The translations under genes and the position numbers were made by a program. A DNA stretch of 64,000 nt, taken from the NCBI GenBank assembly GCA_963990035.1, contig CAXDMJ010000002.1:3441-67440 (forward strand). Reading direction: 5' to 3'. Below are positions 9,232-19,573 of this stretch, one piece after another (the stretch's first letter is position 1; the number at the start of each line of letters is the position of its first letter). Under the pieces are notes generated by a model, which worked only from the letters and a program-made list of their open reading frames with translations, was not told the origin of the DNA and made no database searches. This stretch comes from an uncultured Candidatus Poseidoniales archaeon (GTDB lineage: Archaea; Thermoplasmatota; Poseidoniia; Poseidoniales; Thalassarchaeaceae).

Positions 9232-10533
9232 TCATTCCTTACAAATAACATATAATTTATGGCTACCAGTGCCGCGTTCCAAATCTAAATCAATCATGAA
9301 AGATTTTGAACCCTCTACGTCACGAAGTGCTTTATCCAATCTACGTTGTAGAGTTGGATGAATTTCAGGATCTAAAGTACACCTGAGGGTTATTTTTCCA
9401 ATCTCGATTCTTGCTGCAGCACTAGCAACCTGTTCAATTGAATGTAATTCTGGAGGAGTTAGTCTATGTTGTACAACTTCTCCAGTACTGACTACAAATC
9501 CATTCACTTCTTCATGATTGTTTAGAGGCTCTGTATGAATTAACAGTGGTCTTCTCCCCTCTATTCTTAACCATGAATGCCCGCTATCTTGTTTCAACGC
9601 TTTAGTTAACCATTCTTCTTGCAAACCACTCTGGATTAAAGCAGGATCAATTATAGAGATAAAAGCTCCAAAAGGTGGAGGTTTATTCAGGCTCTGAACC
9701 TGTGAAGTCATTTTTTCTCCTTCAATTTTTCCTAGAACATTCTTTTTTCCCATTCTGATGCAACGCCTAGATTCCTTTGAAGAAATAGACCCTATCCAAA
9801 GAGATAATCGATCTACTCTTCCACCCCCCTGGCTTAGCCATTCCCAAGTTTTTGGAACACCTGGGAATATAGTTTCAACAGTTGCTTCAACCATTTCTTG
9901 TTGTTCATCCCCGAGACGTGGAGACAAATCAAGTAACACAGCAGGCCCCCTAGGTCCATTTTGCAAATATTCATTCCACGAGTTAAGGACTGATGTTAAT
10001 GATGGTTGCATTTCATCGATATGATGATTTTGTGCATCTTTGGGCCTTGCAGGATCTAAATGTAACATTGCAATGGGTGGATGCGCTCTCGTTCCAGAAT
10101 CTCTAAGGCTATTCCAATAACTAGTAATTGCTCCTTCGGCATCACTTCCATCTCCAATTATTACTCGATCTAACGTTCTTTGAATCTCTTCACCATCCGA
10201 TGTGATATGCATATTTGCTGCACATAGAACTGCTATATTTCCATCTAATTCAACTCCCAAAGCAGGTCTTTTTAATTCAGTTGCTAAAGCTATCAATTGC
10301 GCACCTGAACCAGCCGCAGCATCAAGGATAACTCCGGCGGGCAAATCAAAATTTTCGATTTCTTTCGCTCTCATTACCGAAATTGACCATGGTGTAGACA
10401 ACCTCCTCATCTCTTCAGTCATATGTAAAGCAGGCTCTCCTTTACGAGCTGATTTTGCTTCATTCCGATTACTCGCTTCTTCAACGATTTTTTCCGAAGG
10501 TATCAATGCAATATGTTTTTTATCATTAGACAA
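9232..10533 (-). CDS. Putative class I SAM-dependent methyltransferase (possible THUMP-like C-terminus)
   Basis: RLSTP, ILDAAAGSGA (motif I), GVELD and LHLDPAR motifs. Confidence 0.7.
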   Translation of the reverse strand: MSNDKKHIALIPSEKIVEEASNRNEAKSARKGEPALHMTEEMRRLSTPWSISVMRAKEIENFDLPAGVILDAAAGSGAQLIALATELKRPALGVELDGNIAVLCAANMHITSDGEEIQRTLDRVIIGDGSDAEGAITSYWNSLRDSGTRAHPPIAMLHLDPARPKDAQNHHIDEMQPSLTSVLNSWNEYLQNGPRGPAVLLDLSPRLGDEQQEMVEATVETIFPGVPKTWEWLSQGGGRVDRLSLWIGSISSKESRRCIRMGKKNVLGKIEGEKMTSQVQSLNKPPPFGAFISIIDPALIQSGLQEEWLTKALKQDSGHSWLRIEGRRPLLIHTEPLNNHEEVNGFVVSTGEVVQHRLTPPELHSIEQVASAAARIEIGKITLRCTLDPEIHPTLQRRLDKALRDVEGSKSFMIDLDLERGTGSHKLYVICKE

Positions 10534-10552
10534 ATGTTCATCCCCTATTTTA

Positions 10553-11530
10553 TTATATCAAAGCTCTATCAATCTTAACTTCAAATCGCAACCATGTATC
10601 TTTCAATTGATGATCTTCACTATTCCCATATGCAATTGGTGGAGGTAATAATACTGTATGTGTGGTCCCTGTATCTTCTAACCATCCTCTATCTTCAGAA
10701 ATATCTAAACCAATAACTGCCCAACCAAATCCTTTGATATATCTTGAATCATCCCCTCCAGTTACTGGTAAATCCCCCTCATCTAATTGTTCTCCAGTAT
10801 CTGCATCCCATAGGATGTAATGAACTTCAATATTATTACCATCTGTAATGTGAACAGTCCTCTCATCCGGGCCTTTGAATACATGAACATCGAGATTAAC
10901 CATTGAAATTGGATTAAATTCAACATGTGTTGCTGTGATTGTAAAATCCTTTTCAGTAATATCTTCAGTCAAAGATATTTCAATAATCTCTGTACTATTT
11001 CCTTCCAAGCCATTTAACAGTAGATTTGAACTTCCTTCATTAGTGAATTCAACACCCCCTCCAACGATTTCTAGGATTAAGTCAATGGTTATATTTCCTC
11101 TATTATAAACAACAAAACTTGCTCTATCTCCATTACCTTGATGTTCCCAATCACACCTTAATTCACCAGGATACAGAAAGTTATCATCTTGATCTGCTAA
11201 GGATTCTGGCCAATCCCAGTCGCCTAATCTTGAATCACAGGTGTCGAATAACAGATCTGTTTCCCATGTCCATCTCCCATCTTCCTTTAATTCTGCTTCA
11301 GTAGCCCCGTTATCCGGAAATAAGTCTTTCAATTCATCTTGGAAAGATAAAGCAGCAATTGCTAGCCATATTGATGAAAATATAATTAATAGAACAGTAG
11401 CAAATGATAGTATCACCATAGTTCGGGGAACCGTCATTTCATTCAATCCGATAGGTATGGGGGGATGTTCAATTTCCTCCGATGTATCGGCTATCCAAGA
11501 CCTCGTCACAGCACTTTGTCGGGCCCGCAC
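10553..11530 (-). CDS. Membrane-anchored protein with C-terminal FKBP-type peptidyl-prolyl isomerase-like domain
   Basis: One TM helix near the N-terminus. C-terminal IEVHY...IKGF-x2-AVIGL...LPPPIAYG...LRFEVKI is FKBP-like. Confidence 0.65.
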   Translation of the reverse strand: MRARQSAVTRSWIADTSEEIEHPPIPIGLNEMTVPRTMVILSFATVLLIIFSSIWLAIAALSFQDELKDLFPDNGATEAELKEDGRWTWETDLLFDTCDSRLGDWDWPESLADQDDNFLYPGELRCDWEHQGNGDRASFVVYNRGNITIDLILEIVGGGVEFTNEGSSNLLLNGLEGNSTEIIEISLTEDITEKDFTITATHVEFNPISMVNLDVHVFKGPDERTVHITDGNNIEVHYILWDADTGEQLDEGDLPVTGGDDSRYIKGFGWAVIGLDISEDRGWLEDTGTTHTVLLPPPIAYGNSEDHQLKDTWLRFEVKIDRALI

Positions 11531-11620
11531 ATCATCAAGGTTAGCATATCACGTTAGTAAAGGAAGGTTCGATAAAAATTGATAAAATAAGCCTCAGTGC
11601 CCCGTTTTTAAGAAGATATT

Positions 11621-14600
11621 TCAATCTTTTACAATTTCATCTTCATTTGAAAGACCCAGCCAAGCAACTAGTCCTAATTCCGTTGCTAAAACAATTAATG
11701 AAATTAGTAATATCGTTGGTTCAAGTATTTGTGAACCTAGTAATAATAGCGATGCAACTATAGCAATTATAAGATCGAATAACCCCCAGATTCTCAACAC
11801 TCTTCTAAGCTGTAGAATTCCAATAACCCAGATAGTTGTTGATAAACTTATTAGAATAATTGGAAGATAAATAGTACTAAACACACCTGTCCATAATAGA
11901 CCAGAGTAGATTAGTAGGTGTGAATTTGTTGCTAACGTCATAGTCCATATTTCTTTTTTGAAATATACAGTTAATGCACATAATAATAGCGTCGTAATCC
12001 CAATTATTAGAGTAATTTCATCAATAGTTCCCTTTAATTGTTGAATCCAGTTAGATAAAGAAATTATTACAAATATTACTGCAGGTATCAATAATCCAAA
12101 TTCTACAGTTTGTTGATTTTTGATTGTATGGTAAATCACCAGTAGCAATGCCAACATTCCTGCCGGACCTGTGGAAATGAATACTATTGCCCACGCTCTC
12201 AATGAATTATTTGTTGTAGGCTCTCTTCCTGTCGAAATTCTTTTCATTTCGACCCATGCCATAGTAATTATCAATAATATAAGTAATACCTCTAAAATAT
12301 TCCAAGGCATAATCCACTCTAGAAGATCACCTTTGATTGGATTTACAGTAAATGGTGCAGGTAATGATTCATACAGAATAGTCCCTATCAATCGGCCGAG
12401 AAATATTGGCATTATGAACCAATCAATTGCAATTTGTACCCTGTCTATGAGATTTTTCTGATTCATTAATGAAATAATACATAAAAATAGTACAAGTAAA
12501 GTCATTATTGCCATATCAAATAGTTCAATATTACTACTTGCAGCTGCTAAATGGCCTGAGACTTGTATCAATACAACTCCGCTAATTGATATAGCAATTG
12601 GCATCTCAATTCCTAGAAAATGAGGTAATTCCAACTCAAGACCTTTTGTACGTTCTCGAGCTACAATCGCTAATATAGCGACGAAAATTCCAGTAGTTAG
12701 AAGAACTAAGTGATTTGTCCCAAAGATAAAACTAATTATTGTTGATGCACCAATGACTAATCCTAGTACTAGTAATATTATGACTGGTCTATGAGTTGCA
12801 TCAGTAAGATATAATTCTTCAATATCTTCAGTATATTCAGTCTCTCTTTTATTTTTTCTTTTATTTTTCAATTCAACAATCTTTGGATTGAATTTTTTCA
12901 CACCCCCAATCGATGTATAACTATCTTCAATATTTTGATTTTTTGCTAATTCCTTCAAAGAATTTCTTTTGGCAATACTCTTTATTTCTCTTCTTACTTC
13001 TCCATTAGCTACAAGCCAAATAGTACTAATTGCGAAAATAGTTATTGCAATTAAAATTTCATAAAATTCCCCTTTATTGTATACTAATGCAATATTTATC
13101 ACCAATAACCATAAAGATGCAAGTGCTGGATTCAAGAGTTTCTCCATTTCTTTTGCCTTTGAAAGATATACTAATATTAATGCACCAGTACAAAATAATG
13201 ATACTTTGGTAATTCCAAAACTTGGAATAATATTTGTATCAATTAACTCATTTGGATTTCTTGAAACTAAACTAATTAACATAGGTATTGCCATTAGAGA
13301 CATTCCGACCGAATACATTGATTCATCAGATCCATCATTTCTAAGGAGTAGGGTAATAGCAACAATACAATATATTAACATTAGAACTTCTTCGAGTCCA
13401 TATTGCCATTGTATTATTGTGTATCCTAAAGCAAGAGTTGCTAACATAATAGAAGATTTTCCAATTCTTTTCCTTACTAGTTCCGAAATCAAATGCAGGG
13501 CTGTGATTATGGCAAATATTCCTAAGAGTGTTAAAGCAGTAAATCCTCCAAATTTAGCCATGAAAATAATTGTAATGATTGGTAACCATAATCCAATACT
13601 CCAAAGTTGCAAGGCTCCTGAATCTCTAATAGATGCAGAAATTTCAGTTAATCCTAAGAATTTCGAGGCAAGATTCACTCCATTTTTGCCTAATTTGATA
13701 TTTACTATTGCCATTAGTAACGAAGCAATTGCTAAGTATCCAAAAAGAGGGGTTGGCTCAATTTGTATTATTGCACCAGGATCAACTCCTCCATTTGAAA
13801 CAACAAGAGTTCTAATTGTTTCTTCAACTAATTCTTCAATTATCAGCCATAACCATGGTAAGATGACTGTAATACCAGCCAAGGAAGGTGAGTTTCTTTT
13901 TACTGCTAAGAAAGCAGTTCCTATATGGACTAAAGATAATAATGAGAGAAGTAATAATCCTCCATCGCCATTAGCGCCAGAATTTACTATTTTTTCCGAA
14001 GCATCAGCTGGTATCATAATAACAAGTAATATTAAAATGACAACCGATCCAGTCCAAAGCACTCTATCTGTAACAGAATTTTGATCTCTCAGCATTACAA
14101 AACTAGTAATTAATACTCCACTTGTAGCAAAAAACTCATAAGAATCAAATGGGAGAATACTTGTAGATTCAAAAACTATTAGGGAAATTGAAAGAATCAC
14201 TCCAGAAATCAGTAAAGGTATGGCTACTCTTCTTGTTTCGACTCCTCTCACTACCAAGTAAGAGCCACCAAATGAAGATGCTAATATTGAAATTAAACCA
14301 ATAGCGTATCCTAAATCTTGTCGATTTGCACCTACAGCCATTAACGCACCAATCATTCCTAAAGATATCGAAACCCCCCATAATCCTGGTTCCCCTAAAC
14401 CTAATATTTTGAATGCTTTTGAAAACCAGTTTTCATCTTTAGCAAACTTTGCCGCCATACTCGCATTTATTCCAGTCACAATCATAATTAATATGAATAA
14501 AAGTAAGGGTGTTTCTAATTGAAGAATAGTCAATGAACCAATACTAAATCCATTGGTCAATGCATGCATTCCTACCCAAAGATTTGTTGAAGCGATACCA

Positions 14601-15349
14601 AGTGCTGCAAGGTTTCCAGATTTTCGATGTATTGCTAATCCATGAACTAAAATTGTTGCCATCAGAATCATTACAGCGATACCAATTTCACCATATCCAT
14701 AACCAGCAGCCGAACCGATTAGTAATAGAATAAGAGTTGATTGCGCTGCAATTGCATCATGTTTATGCCTATAGGAGAGGTAAACATTCAATCCAACAAG
14801 TGCTAGTAAAAGTATGCCTAGAATTTCAAAGGAAATCACTTCCCATCTTTGTAATTCTATAGCCAATCCATAAAGAATTTTCATTGAAATTATAATCCAA
14901 GTAATTCCGAGTAAATTCAAATTATTTTTAGAGACCCATAGTTCCCCTAAAGTTAATCCAAATAATGCTAAACATACTAGTAAAATAGTTGCATATAGTG
15001 GACTAAGTGCAATTCCAGATATGATGCTTATACCTGAAAATACCAGAATCATTGAAGCCATTAATATCCAATTAACTTTCTTCTCACCTTCTTTAGCAAG
15101 ATCAGTTATGATATCAATTTCTGGAGGATTACTCACTGTCCCATCTTCTTGAATAAAACCTGGTGAATTTTTATCAATTTTAGCGAATGGATCAAATATA
15201 TCTCCTAATGCTTCATCAACTTCTTTTTCCTCAAGAATAATTTTTTCTTCTACTTCATCTTGAATTAAAATATCTTCTAATTCGATAGAATCACTTATTT
15301 TAAATGCCCTTTTTCGAATGAGTTCATCATCCGAGTTGTCGGTATCCAC
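11621..15349 (-). CDS. Very large polytopic membrane protein of unknown function, acidic N-terminus
   Basis: 1242 aa with roughly 30 hydrophobic segments and one charged loop. Confidence 0.85.
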   Translation of the reverse strand: MDTDNSDDELIRKRAFKISDSIELEDILIQDEVEEKIILEEKEVDEALGDIFDPFAKIDKNSPGFIQEDGTVSNPPEIDIITDLAKEGEKKVNWILMASMILVFSGISIISGIALSPLYATILLVCLALFGLTLGELWVSKNNLNLLGITWIIISMKILYGLAIELQRWEVISFEILGILLLALVGLNVYLSYRHKHDAIAAQSTLILLLIGSAAGYGYGEIGIAVMILMATILVHGLAIHRKSGNLAALGIASTNLWVGMHALTNGFSIGSLTILQLETPLLLFILIMIVTGINASMAAKFAKDENWFSKAFKILGLGEPGLWGVSISLGMIGALMAVGANRQDLGYAIGLISILASSFGGSYLVVRGVETRRVAIPLLISGVILSISLIVFESTSILPFDSYEFFATSGVLITSFVMLRDQNSVTDRVLWTGSVVILILLVIMIPADASEKIVNSGANGDGGLLLLSLLSLVHIGTAFLAVKRNSPSLAGITVILPWLWLIIEELVEETIRTLVVSNGGVDPGAIIQIEPTPLFGYLAIASLLMAIVNIKLGKNGVNLASKFLGLTEISASIRDSGALQLWSIGLWLPIITIIFMAKFGGFTALTLLGIFAIITALHLISELVRKRIGKSSIMLATLALGYTIIQWQYGLEEVLMLIYCIVAITLLLRNDGSDESMYSVGMSLMAIPMLISLVSRNPNELIDTNIIPSFGITKVSLFCTGALILVYLSKAKEMEKLLNPALASLWLLVINIALVYNKGEFYEILIAITIFAISTIWLVANGEVRREIKSIAKRNSLKELAKNQNIEDSYTSIGGVKKFNPKIVELKNKRKNKRETEYTEDIEELYLTDATHRPVIILLVLGLVIGASTIISFIFGTNHLVLLTTGIFVAILAIVARERTKGLELELPHFLGIEMPIAISISGVVLIQVSGHLAAASSNIELFDMAIMTLLVLFLCIISLMNQKNLIDRVQIAIDWFIMPIFLGRLIGTILYESLPAPFTVNPIKGDLLEWIMPWNILEVLLILLIITMAWVEMKRISTGREPTTNNSLRAWAIVFISTGPAGMLALLLVIYHTIKNQQTVEFGLLIPAVIFVIISLSNWIQQLKGTIDEITLIIGITTLLLCALTVYFKKEIWTMTLATNSHLLIYSGLLWTGVFSTIYLPIILISLSTTIWVIGILQLRRVLRIWGLFDLIIAIVASLLLLGSQILEPTILLISLIVLATELGLVAWLGLSNEDEIVKD

Positions 15350-15467
15350 GATACCTCTGGCGGGTGTTTATGACATAATTACATCGCTACTTCAAAAAAA
15401 ATATTATGTTCTCTATTTGCAATATCTATCCGTAATCATTGAAAGGTGGTTGACTTTGTCGAAGTAC

Positions 15468-17084
15468 ATGGAGACGACGTCGAGGGGCACCACCTCTTCC
15501 GAATTTGCAACATCTTTAGCGACTCATGGACTTAACCCAAGTGGCGCAGTGCACTGGAATTTAGGTTGGCAAGAGTTACATCGTATGTCAGTCGAACGTG
15601 GCGAAGCATCTCTCACAACTCACGGAGTATTGTTAGCAACGACTGGAGAAAGAACAGGTCGTTCCCCTAATGACAGATTCATAGTAAAAGAATCTGGTTT
15701 AGCAGATGATGTATGGTGGGGCGAAGTGAATAAATCAACCTCTCCTGAAGTATTTGATAAATTACTTGCTAAGGTTCAGAATCATCTCGATAGTAGAGAT
15801 GTACTATTCGTTAAAGATGCTCATTGTGGTGCTGATCAAAAATATTCTATGCCAGTTCGTTTAATCACAGAAAAAGCGTGGCATGCTTCTTTTTTCCATA
15901 ATATGTTTGTACGAAGTAAACCTAATGAATTAGTAGATCATATTCCAGAATATACTATTCTTCATGCCCCAGAACTTTTAGCAGATCCACGAGAAGATGG
16001 GATAAATTCGGGTGTGTTTGTAATTTTAGCTCTTGATAGAGGTCTTGTCATTATCGGAGGCACTCAATATGCTGGTGAAATTAAGAAGGCTATATTTACT
16101 ATAATGAATCATATTTTACCTGCTCAAGGGTTACTTCCAATGCATTGTTCAGCAAATACTGATTATAGTAATTCTGCTTTATTCTTTGGTCTTTCAGGTA
16201 CTGGAAAAACAACTCTTTCTGCAGACCCTGGTCGTGCATTAATTGGAGATGATGAACATGGTTGGTCTAATGATGGTATATTCAATTTTGAAGGAGGTTG
16301 TTATGCTAAATTAATAGGACTCTCTGAAGATGATGAGCCAGCTATATTCGCCACAACTAGAATGCCAGGTTCAGTTTTAGAAAATGTAATCTTAGATGCT
16401 AATGGAGTACCTAATTTTGAGGATGGAACTCTGACTCAAAATACTCGTGGCTCCTATCCTATTGAATCAATTGAGAATCGAACACCAGATTCTATGGCTG
16501 GACATCCGAAAGACATTGTTTTCCTCACTTGTGATGCCTTTGGTGTACTACCTCCCCTTTCTCGACTAACTCCTGAACAAGCAGCATATCATTTCATATC
16601 TGGATATACCGCTAAAGTCGCAGGCACTGAAATAGGTATAACAGAGCCTCAAGCAACATTTTCCACTTGCTTTGGAGCACCATTCATGCCAAGACACCCT
16701 AGTGTTTATGCTGATTTACTTTCAAATAAAATTCGAGATCATAGTGCTAATTGTTGGTTAATTAATACTGGATGGGTAGCAGGAGGATATGGGGAATCTA
16801 GTCGAATCAGAATTAAATGGACTCGAGCGCTTCTTAATGCAGCATTAGATGGTTCTCTTGATGATGTGATATTTGTAGAAGATGAGAGATTTGGATTCCA
16901 TATCCCAACATCTTGCGAAGGTGTACCGGATGAGATTCTTCAACCAAGAGATACTTGGTCGGATAAGACAAGATTTGATAATGTAGCAAATTTATTAGCC
17001 CAAATGTTCATTGAGAATTTCGAACAATACTCTGAAGGTTGTAGTCCAGATGTTCTATCTGCATCGCCTAAAGTTTTAGATTAG
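15468..17084 (+). CDS. pckA: Phosphoenolpyruvate carboxykinase (ATP)
   Basis: TGRSP-x-DRF, YAGEIKK, MHCSAN, GLSGTGKTTLS, IGDDEHGW, NFEGGCYAK. Start moved to ATG 15468. Confidence 0.96.
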   Translation: METTSRGTTSSEFATSLATHGLNPSGAVHWNLGWQELHRMSVERGEASLTTHGVLLATTGERTGRSPNDRFIVKESGLADDVWWGEVNKSTSPEVFDKLLAKVQNHLDSRDVLFVKDAHCGADQKYSMPVRLITEKAWHASFFHNMFVRSKPNELVDHIPEYTILHAPELLADPREDGINSGVFVILALDRGLVIIGGTQYAGEIKKAIFTIMNHILPAQGLLPMHCSANTDYSNSALFFGLSGTGKTTLSADPGRALIGDDEHGWSNDGIFNFEGGCYAKLIGLSEDDEPAIFATTRMPGSVLENVILDANGVPNFEDGTLTQNTRGSYPIESIENRTPDSMAGHPKDIVFLTCDAFGVLPPLSRLTPEQAAYHFISGYTAKVAGTEIGITEPQATFSTCFGAPFMPRHPSVYADLLSNKIRDHSANCWLINTGWVAGGYGESSRIRIKWTRALLNAALDGSLDDVIFVEDERFGFHIPTSCEGVPDEILQPRDTWSDKTRFDNVANLLAQMFIENFEQYSEGCSPDVLSASPKVLD

Positions 17085-17098
17085 AAATAATAAATTAT

Positions 17099-19414
17099 TT
17101 ACAATTTTTGTGTAGAGTGCCTTTGTGCATCAACAGCGCATATTGCAGCCATATGAACAACTTCTCTGACACTATCATCTCTCTGAAGTACGTGGGCAGG
17201 TTTTGCTAATCCTTCTAATATTGGGCCAGTCATTTCAGCTCCAGCGATTCTTTGAAGTAATTTGTAGGCAATATTTGCAGATGCTAGATTCGGACAAATT
17301 AGAACATTAGCAGCTCCCTCAAATTCCATGAATGGATAATTCCCCTGTATTTCTTCTATTAAAGCCGTATCTGCTTGCATTGGACCATCAATTATAATCC
17401 CTGGATCTAACTCTCTAGCTATTCGAACAGCTTCTTCGATACGATCGGTTCTCATTTCACCACTTGTCCCGAAATTTGAAAATGAAAGCATTGCAACCTT
17501 TGGCTTCACTCCAAATCTTCTAGCCACTTTAGCGGTTTGAACTGCAATTTCAGCGAGTGTTCTTGAATCTGGATAGATATTTATTGTAGCATCTCCAATA
17601 AACATTAACTGGCCATTAACTGTCATCATATACATCCCAACAATTCGATGAGTATCTATTGCTGGCCCTATTGTTTGTAAGCATGGTTTAACAATATCTG
17701 GATAATTATGTGAAATTCCTCCTAGATATCCATCTGCATCCTCCATATGAACCATCATAGGACCGAAATATGTGGTTGTTTTCAGTAATCTTACGGCATC
17801 TTCCATTGTCAGCCCCTTTCTTCCTCTTAGTTTATGAAATTCTTTCGCATAAGTTCCTCTTCTACGAGGATCATATCTTACATCTATTGTTTCACATTCA
17901 AATTCAAGACCTAATTCCTCTTTTACAGCATTAATTCTTCTTGTATGTCCAAGTAAAATAGGTTCACAAATATTCTCTGAAATGCATTGTGCAGCGGCTT
18001 TTATTATAGTGGGATGCTCTCCTTCTGCAAAAACAATTCTTTTTTTGTCTCTGCGTGCTCTGTTAATCACTCTCCGCATTATAGATCTTGTAAGTCCTAG
18101 TCTTGCCTCTAGTTCTTCTCGATATTTTTCTATATCAAACTGATCTGGTGTAAATTTTGCAATTCCTTCATCGACAGCTGCCTGAGCGACAGCACTTGCC
18201 TCCCAGATCAGCACTCTAGCATCGAATGGTTTGGGTATGATATATTCTGAACCAAATTGAATTTGTTCTCCATCATAAGCTGCAGCAACATCATCAGGCA
18301 CCGGCTCTTTCGCTAATGCTGCTATTGCTTTTGTCGCTGCCATTTTCATATTTTCAGTAATTTCAGTTGCTCTAACATCTAAAGCACCACGAAATATATA
18401 TGGGAATCCTAATACATTATTGATTTGATTAGGATAATCCGATCTTCCAGTAGCAACAATAGCATCTTCTCTTACTTTGTAAACATCATCTGGTAATATC
18501 TCTGGATCAGGATTTGCTAGAGCAAAAATCAATGGTCTTACTGCCATTGAAGCAACCATTTCTTTACTGACAATTCCTCCTTTAGAAAGGCCTAGGAATA
18601 CATCAGCATCAATCATTGCATCTTTTATTCCGCCCTCTTCAACATTTCTTGCAAACTCATCTTTATACTTATTCAGCTCACCATTCTTAGAACGTTTATC
18701 TGTCAAAATTCCTTTTGAATCAATCATCAATAAATTTTCTATTTTTACTCCTAAACGAATATAATGTCGAGCACAAGAAATTGCGGATGCACCTGCGCCA
18801 GAAACTACAACTTTCACCTCTGATATTTCCTTTTTGACTACTTCTAAACCATTCAATAATGCAGCCCCGGAAATTATCGCAGTTCCATGTTGATCATCAT
18901 GCATAACTGGAATATCCAATTCTTCGATTAATCTTCTCTCAATTTCAAAACATTCTGGAGCCTTTATATCTTCTAAATTTATACCTCCAAATGTTGGTGA
19001 AATTGCCTTTACTGCTTCAACAAATTCGTCGACATCAGTGCGGTCAATCTCAATATCAAAAACATCTATATCGGCAAATGCTTTGAATAATAAACCCTTA
19101 CCTTCCATAACAGGTTTACCTGCCAGTGCTCCAATATTTCCAAGCCCTAGTACTGCGGTTCCATTACTTATTACAGCGACTAAATTTCCTTTAGATGTAT
19201 ATTCAAATGCTGCATCAGGATTTTTCTCAATTTCTTTACAGGGATAGGCAACACCTGGAGAATAAGCCAGAGATAAATCTCTCTGTGTACCATGAGGCTT
19301 AGTTGGCACTACTGTAATCTTTCCAGCAGGTTTGGACGAGTGATAATCCAATGCGTCTTTTCGAAGTTGCTTATCTGTCAGGATTACATCCCCTTTATTT
19401 ATCCGGCAGACCAC
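17099..19414 (-). CDS. maeB: NADP-dependent malic enzyme with C-terminal phosphotransacetylase-like domain
   Basis: [35 protein letters not shown], followed by a PTA-like domain (IVFAEGE, LSFSNFG). Confidence 0.96.
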   Translation of the reverse strand: MVCRINKGDVILTDKQLRKDALDYHSSKPAGKITVVPTKPHGTQRDLSLAYSPGVAYPCKEIEKNPDAAFEYTSKGNLVAVISNGTAVLGLGNIGALAGKPVMEGKGLLFKAFADIDVFDIEIDRTDVDEFVEAVKAISPTFGGINLEDIKAPECFEIERRLIEELDIPVMHDDQHGTAIISGAALLNGLEVVKKEISEVKVVVSGAGASAISCARHYIRLGVKIENLLMIDSKGILTDKRSKNGELNKYKDEFARNVEEGGIKDAMIDADVFLGLSKGGIVSKEMVASMAVRPLIFALANPDPEILPDDVYKVREDAIVATGRSDYPNQINNVLGFPYIFRGALDVRATEITENMKMAATKAIAALAKEPVPDDVAAAYDGEQIQFGSEYIIPKPFDARVLIWEASAVAQAAVDEGIAKFTPDQFDIEKYREELEARLGLTRSIMRRVINRARRDKKRIVFAEGEHPTIIKAAAQCISENICEPILLGHTRRINAVKEELGLEFECETIDVRYDPRRRGTYAKEFHKLRGRKGLTMEDAVRLLKTTTYFGPMMVHMEDADGYLGGISHNYPDIVKPCLQTIGPAIDTHRIVGMYMMTVNGQLMFIGDATINIYPDSRTLAEIAVQTAKVARRFGVKPKVAMLSFSNFGTSGEMRTDRIEEAVRIARELDPGIIIDGPMQADTALIEEIQGNYPFMEFEGAANVLICPNLASANIAYKLLQRIAGAEMTGPILEGLAKPAHVLQRDDSVREVVHMAAICAVDAQRHSTQKL

Positions 19415-19573
19415 TCACCTATGATGCTATCCGATATCTAAGATTTGTATTATCAGCCTTCTGTACGTTCCTTTTTCAAAAAGATAGGGATTGAGTATCA
19501 CCTATGGTGTCTGGAGCATTAAAGGCACATTTAACACACGCTTTGATAATGTATAAAACGACCCGACTTAATA

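Noticed and set aside
13077..14084. 335-aa plus-strand ORF
   Set aside because: Antisense shadow of the hydrophobic 1242-aa gene; Ile/Asn-rich composition mirrors its codons.
15318..15467. N-terminal extension of PckA in the ORF track
   Set aside because: Overlaps the divergent gene and promoter region; ATG 15468 fits better.
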